A DNA stretch of 64,000 bases from Lama glama (lineage: Eukaryota): NCBI GenBank assembly GCA_028534125.1, contig CM052816.1, positions 58,964,001 to 59,028,000 of the forward strand, read 5' to 3'. Position 1 is the first letter of the stretch. The number at the start of each line of letters is the position of its first letter. The notes beneath the pieces were generated by a model. The model was given only the letters and a program-made list of their open reading frames with translations, had not been told where the DNA came from and ran no database searches. Position numbers and translations under genes: made by a program. This document shows, in pieces, positions 59,089-64,000 of this stretch.

Positions 59089-61469
59089 AAAAGGCTCATT
59101 GAGCATGGAAGAGGAGATTTAAATAAAAAATACAAGGGAGGGCTTGTTGTAAAGTTTTAATCAAATGTTAGTTTTTTCTTTCTTTAAACCCTGCTATGTT
59201 ATTTCCAACGTAATGTGTGTACTGCTGTGTATTTATGTCATTAAGTAGGAGAGGGTAAATTATCATTAGCCTCAAAGCATAATTTTTCTTCTATCTCCTC
59301 AAAACACAATTCCCTCTTTCTCTTACTTGGAGTTGGACTGAACTCATGTACTGGTCTTCAGCTATAAATCGGCAGGTTCCCCTTATGGTTGGTGCCTTGC
59401 CTTTGAGGTATTAGACTGGTGTCTTGCCAGTTGCTGAGAACTCCCCACCCCCAATAATCCCGTGAATTATCTGTGCATTAAAAAAAAGAGAGAGAGAGAG
59501 ATTTGATCTGAAGCCACTGCAAGACACCCACTTGAAGAAGGCCCAGGGGCTGGGGAGCCTCTGGAATGGGATTTGCTTCCCCAGGCCATTTGGAGTCTGT
59601 TTTTGCCTTCAGGCCCCATCTGTTGTCAGGAGGAGGGACATAAACAAACAGAAAAGAGCATGTGAGAAGGTCCGGGTGAGTGACACAGAGGAAGGTGCCA
59701 ATGTTGGCATCACAAAGGCGAGGCTCTTCATGGGCACCAAAGCAGAATGGTCACCCAGCCCTCTGTCTTTTCAGGGCCACAGCTGTTTTGGATCAGAAAA
59801 AGTGTCAATGTGCATGATGGATGATGGAAACACTTCCACACCCGCCTCTTAGGAGAAAGAAAACACTCTGCTCTGTTGTGTCTGTATAGACGTTATTATC
59901 AGCTCTGCTCGGATTCTGTGCATGTGAGGAAATCAACTTCCAATATCAGGGTGAACTGGAGATGGCCTTTTGAAGGAGATTAACTTCTTACCATAGGAAT
60001 CTTGTAGTATTTTAGTGGAAAATGTCTGTTGACTCTATTACTGATGGAGGGCAAGCTATACATGGTGAAGACTCTTTCACCATGTGGGTTTTTTCCACTT
60101 TGAGTTGGTTTCTCCAGTAAGGGAAGGGTCAGTACTTGTTCACTGGTGCCCTCCCAGAGCCTCCCTGGGTACCCAATTAGTAGCCATTGCTCAGTAAGTA
60201 TTTCTGGAGTCAAGTAAAGAGAAGAAGTGCTAGTGATATTAATTAAACAGACTGAGGAAAGTCAAAGAAAAATCCAGAATGTTAAAAAAAGGTTGGTTTT
60301 TTTTTTCCATTAAATCAGTGCTCATGGGCCAATTTTTACCAAAATTCCCTCTGCCTTGGAGCTTGGAAAAGCAGATGAAATTTTACTAGCCCCATAGGCA
60401 TGGGCACTTTCTTTTTGAAGTGGAGTTGGGTAAACAGTCAGCTGAGAGGTGGCCTGCCCAAGCAGCCAGCTGGGAGAGAGGGACATTAGGCAAGATGAGG
60501 CCAGGAGATGTTTTTGGCCTGCCTGGGGCACCCACGTGGTCTCAGCAGGGCCACTTATTTCTGTGTGAGAAGCTGGCACGAGCTTCCTTCCCAGCTGCAG
60601 CTTGTGCCCTGTGTTACTTGGGTGCAGGTAGAAGGGAAAACAAAGGCAGGTTAAAATGAAGCTGGTGTGTGGGGACCTGGTGGCCAGGATCACTGTGCCC
60701 CACCTCTCTGAACCTTCTCCCCAGTGTTATTTTGACATGGATTAAGAGAGAGGAAAAAAACAACACATCAGCTAATGTGGAAAAACCTTTTTCTTTCCCA
60801 AGGTTAGGGATTGCAAGGGGTTTAAGAAGGCTCTTAATCACTGGCTCCGAAGTGACCCAGTTCAGAAGGGAATTAAAACAAAATAACATCATTGTCTATT
60901 AAAAATAACAAAAGCCTAAAGACAACAAACAAATAACAACAACAAAGAAGGGACAAAACAAAAATGTCAAAGAAAAAAATTTCGGCTCTCTTCTTTGTAG
61001 AAGAGAGAGAAGTTCTCTTCCAACCTCCCAATTCTGCGTCTCTTTCTAAAGGAGCCCACAGATTCCCACAAAGCCTATGCACTTGGAGAAGGGAAACCTG
61101 TGCAGAGGTCTGAGCCCACCAGGCATCAGGGAAGGGCTGGGAGACCGTGGGGCAATTAGCTGGCCTTTTCTTGCCCTCTGCCTGCGTCTCCCCGGGCCAG
61201 TTTTGATTTCTGTTCCAAAGAACATGGGTCCTTACGTATTATATTTTGTTGTTGAGATCTTAGCGCTACATTTAAAATTTAGGTATATCTGCTGAAATAA
61301 CACTCAGCTAGAGAGGGAGGAAGAAAGCTGAGGGATTTGTTTGGGAGGCTTCACCCTTTCTTACTGAACAGCCAACGTTGTAGGAGATCCTGCCAAGGCT
61401 TAGAGGATCCTGCAGTGGATTAAGAAGGGACTTCCTTGTGGGGAACATTTATTGGGAAAGCGTAATAGA

Positions 61470-61715
61470 ATGGAAAAGAATGTGAGCTTTGGAGTCAGAC
61501 AGCCCTGGGTTCACATCCCAGTCGGCCCCTTCCTGGGGGTGGGATTGCAGACAAGTTATGTCACCTGCCTTCTTGTGGCCTGAATTCCTTCCGCTGTCCG
61601 ATGGGTAATACCAGCTACCTCCTGATGTGGTTGTGAGAATTAGCATCAGTAAGCATCTGGAACGGTGCCTGGAATATAGTAAGTGTTGGACTAATGCCCT
61701 TGCTATTGCAGTTGT
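61470..61715 (+). mobile_element. Near full-length MIR SINE
   Basis: GAGCTTTGGAGTCAGACAGCCCTGGGTTCACATCCCAG...GGTTGTGAGAATTA...AACGGTGCCTGGAATATAGTAAGTG. Confidence 0.85.
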
Positions 61716-62559
61716 TAAAATTTAAATAATTATATTATTCATAAGAGTTATAGAATTATTCATAAATACTGAGAAGGCTGGGAGAGGAAGGGGTGATCAG
61801 CCCCTTTGTAGGTGGCAGCCCTGAGTGGAGTTGGGAAGTAGCCCAAGTGGGTCGTTTAAGGGTCTCTCTTTCCTTTGTCTGCCATACTCACTCTTCCCCT
61901 AGAACCAAAGTCCTCTCCTTCAGGCTCTTGGAGCTGCACAAATGGCACCACAGTGAGGTGATAGCCCATAGGGTTCTTTCCCCAGGCAGGGCAGAGGCTG
62001 GTGAGTGGACTCCTTGCCCCACCAGACACAAGGCCTTCTGCAAGTTGCCTTCTGGAGGTCAAAGAGATAGCTGCTCTTCCTCTTATCCTAAGGAAACCCC
62101 TCCTTCACCCACAGCTGTGATAGAACTGAGGCCCCAGGTTACCCTTCCTGATGTATCAGGAGCTACAAATGGCCACAGTGAGGACTCTGGGGTCTTGGAG
62201 CCCTCTTCATGTTGTTAATTTTGTTTCCTCCCATCTCTGTTTCCCTGTGGTGCTTAGTAGTAAACCTCTAAAAGGAAAACAAATCCCCTGTGCTCTTTTT
62301 CGGGGGCTACAAGAAAGTGAGAGAACAGCCCCTTAACAGGGGCTCCCCTTAACAGCCGATCTAGGAGAAGGGGGAGAGGAACCCTAAGAAGCAGAGTGGG
62401 TAGTGGAGGCCTTGAGAGAGCGTGCAAAGCTGAGGCCTGGATTTGGGGCCTGCTTTAAACTGCAAAAGGAATGATGGGAGCTTGCCTAAGCCGGAAGCAA
62501 CCGCAGGCATGTCCTTGACCTATGACCCCCTCAAGCCAGGTTTAATCAAAAACTTCCAT

Positions 62560-62700
62560 GGCCAAGTCACTCTCTGCCAGGACATTATGCCGAGGGTGTT
62601 CCATATGTTACATCTCATCCTCCAAAAGGTCCTACAGGGTCATTGTCACTCCCACTTTGCAGCTGAAACCAAAGCTCTGGCTAGAATTTGCCCTCAAGAA
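62560..62700 (-). mobile_element. MIR SINE fragment
   Basis: TCTGCCAGGACATTATGC...TCATCCTCCAAAA...CCCACTTTGCAGCTGAAAC. Confidence 0.55.
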
Positions 62701-63301
62701 TGTCTGATGAAACCTGTCTGTTTTTGCCCTACTGAGGGCTCCAAATGGTCTTTCCTCATGTCTTTTCATGAAATTGTCCTATTTTCTCAACTCTCTTAAT
62801 TCAGCTAGCAATCCCAAATCAGCGAGGGCTGACAGGCCAATTCTTCGTGAAGTGGTAAAGACTGAAAATCACTAAGTCACTCCCCTCACTGCGATTCTGG
62901 AAGAGGACCTTGGAGACGGTGAAGCAGGCAATCCAGAAAGTGAGCCTCAGAAGACCAGATTTTGTCGACTGTTGAAAGGGGAGGAGAGAGGGGAAGGGAG
63001 AATATTGGGCAGTTGTTTCTCCCCAGGACCCTTTTCATACCCACTGGCAGTGCTTGTAATTTGCTTATTTATTATGTCATTCCGCATTCCTGGAATTAGT
63101 AAAATGTGGCTGTAGCTCATTAGTTTCCGAGCCTCTTTTCTAAATATTTCAGCAAGAAGTCTCCCTTCCTTGTTCCTCTTTAGAGCAGGTGGATGGGGAA
63201 ATTTGCTTGCATTTGAGCATCCCCTGTATTCCATTTCATAAGTGGGCCAGCTAAGAGTTTATACCAGGACACTGCTTCTAGTTCTTGGGGTACAGGATCC
63301 A

Positions 63302-64000
63302 TTTTTTAAAAAAATTAATTTTTTTCAAGTATAGTCAGTTTACAATGTTGTGCCAATTTCTGGTGTACAAGATAATGTTTCAGTCATGTGATACACACAT
63401 ATATTCATTTTCATATTGTTTTTCATTATAGATTACTACAAGACATTGAATATAGTTTCCTGTGCTACACAGAAGAAACTTGTTTATCTCTTTTATATAT
63501 AGTATTTAATATCTGCAAATCTCAAACTCCCCATTTATCCCTTCCCACCTCCCTTTCCCACTGGTAACCATAAGTTTGTTTTCTATGTCTGTGAGTCTGT
63601 TTCGGTTTTGTAAATAAGTTCACCAGTGTCTCTCTCTCTCTCTCTCTTTTTTTTTTTAGATTCCACATATGAGTGATACAACATGGTATATTTCTTTTTC
63701 TTTCTGTCTTACTTCACTTAGAATGACCATCTTCAGGTCCATCCATGTTGCTGCAAATGGCATTATTTTATTCTTTTTTATGGCTGAGTAGTATTCCACT
63801 GTATATCTATACCACATCTTCTTTATCCAGTCCTGTGTTGATGGACATTTAGGTTGTTCCCATGTCTTGACTATTGTAAATAATGCTGCTATGAACATTG
63901 GGGTGCATGTGTCTTTTGAATTAGAGTTCCCTCTGGATATATTCCCTGGAGTGGGATTGCTGGATCATGTGGTAAGGCTATTTTTAGTCTTTTGAGGAAT
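63302..64000 (-). mobile_element. Young L1 3' end running off the window
   Basis: ORF 63656-63898(-) [20 protein letters not shown]...SLICGI; 3'UTR and T-rich tail at ~63302-63325. Confidence 0.95.

Noticed and set aside
1..64000. Short ORFs (60-160 aa) in the six-frame track as protein-coding genes
   Set aside because: None resembles a cellular protein I recognise. Most lie in repeats or use non-ATG starts, their lengths are as expected by chance, and no consistent multi-exon structure links them.
1..64000. A previously undescribed multi-component biological system
   Set aside because: No intact genes, structured RNA or ordered arrays support one. The unusual features are better explained by retrotransposition, local duplication and possible regulatory exaptation.

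Overview
Mammalian, repeat-dense, non-coding DNA (intronic or intergenic). It is most likely camelid, because at least seven copies of the tRNA-Ala-derived Vic-1-type SINE are present. I find no recognisable intact protein-coding gene, RNA gene, CRISPR array or prokaryotic system. The only ORFs I can assign are C-terminal remnants of LINE-1 ORF2. Roughly half the window is layered transposon debris: young artiodactyl/camelid L1 3' ends with target-site duplications (TSDs), old L1M, L2, CR1/L3, MIR, MaLR/ERVL LTRs, and hAT and Tc1/mariner MITEs. Repeat subfamily names come from my recollection of consensus motifs and were not verified by search. The most notable unexplained structures are: a TSD-flanked retrocopied mRNA 3' end (50404-50610); a decayed coding-like insert whose reading is improved by removing two small tandem duplications (10380-10915); two local non-tandem duplications; two SINEs inserted head-to-head at one TTT/AAA site; a CpG-retaining LTR; a candidate 46-nt exon; and a 500-N gap that is probably spurious. 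The sequence does not support a claim of a new biological system.
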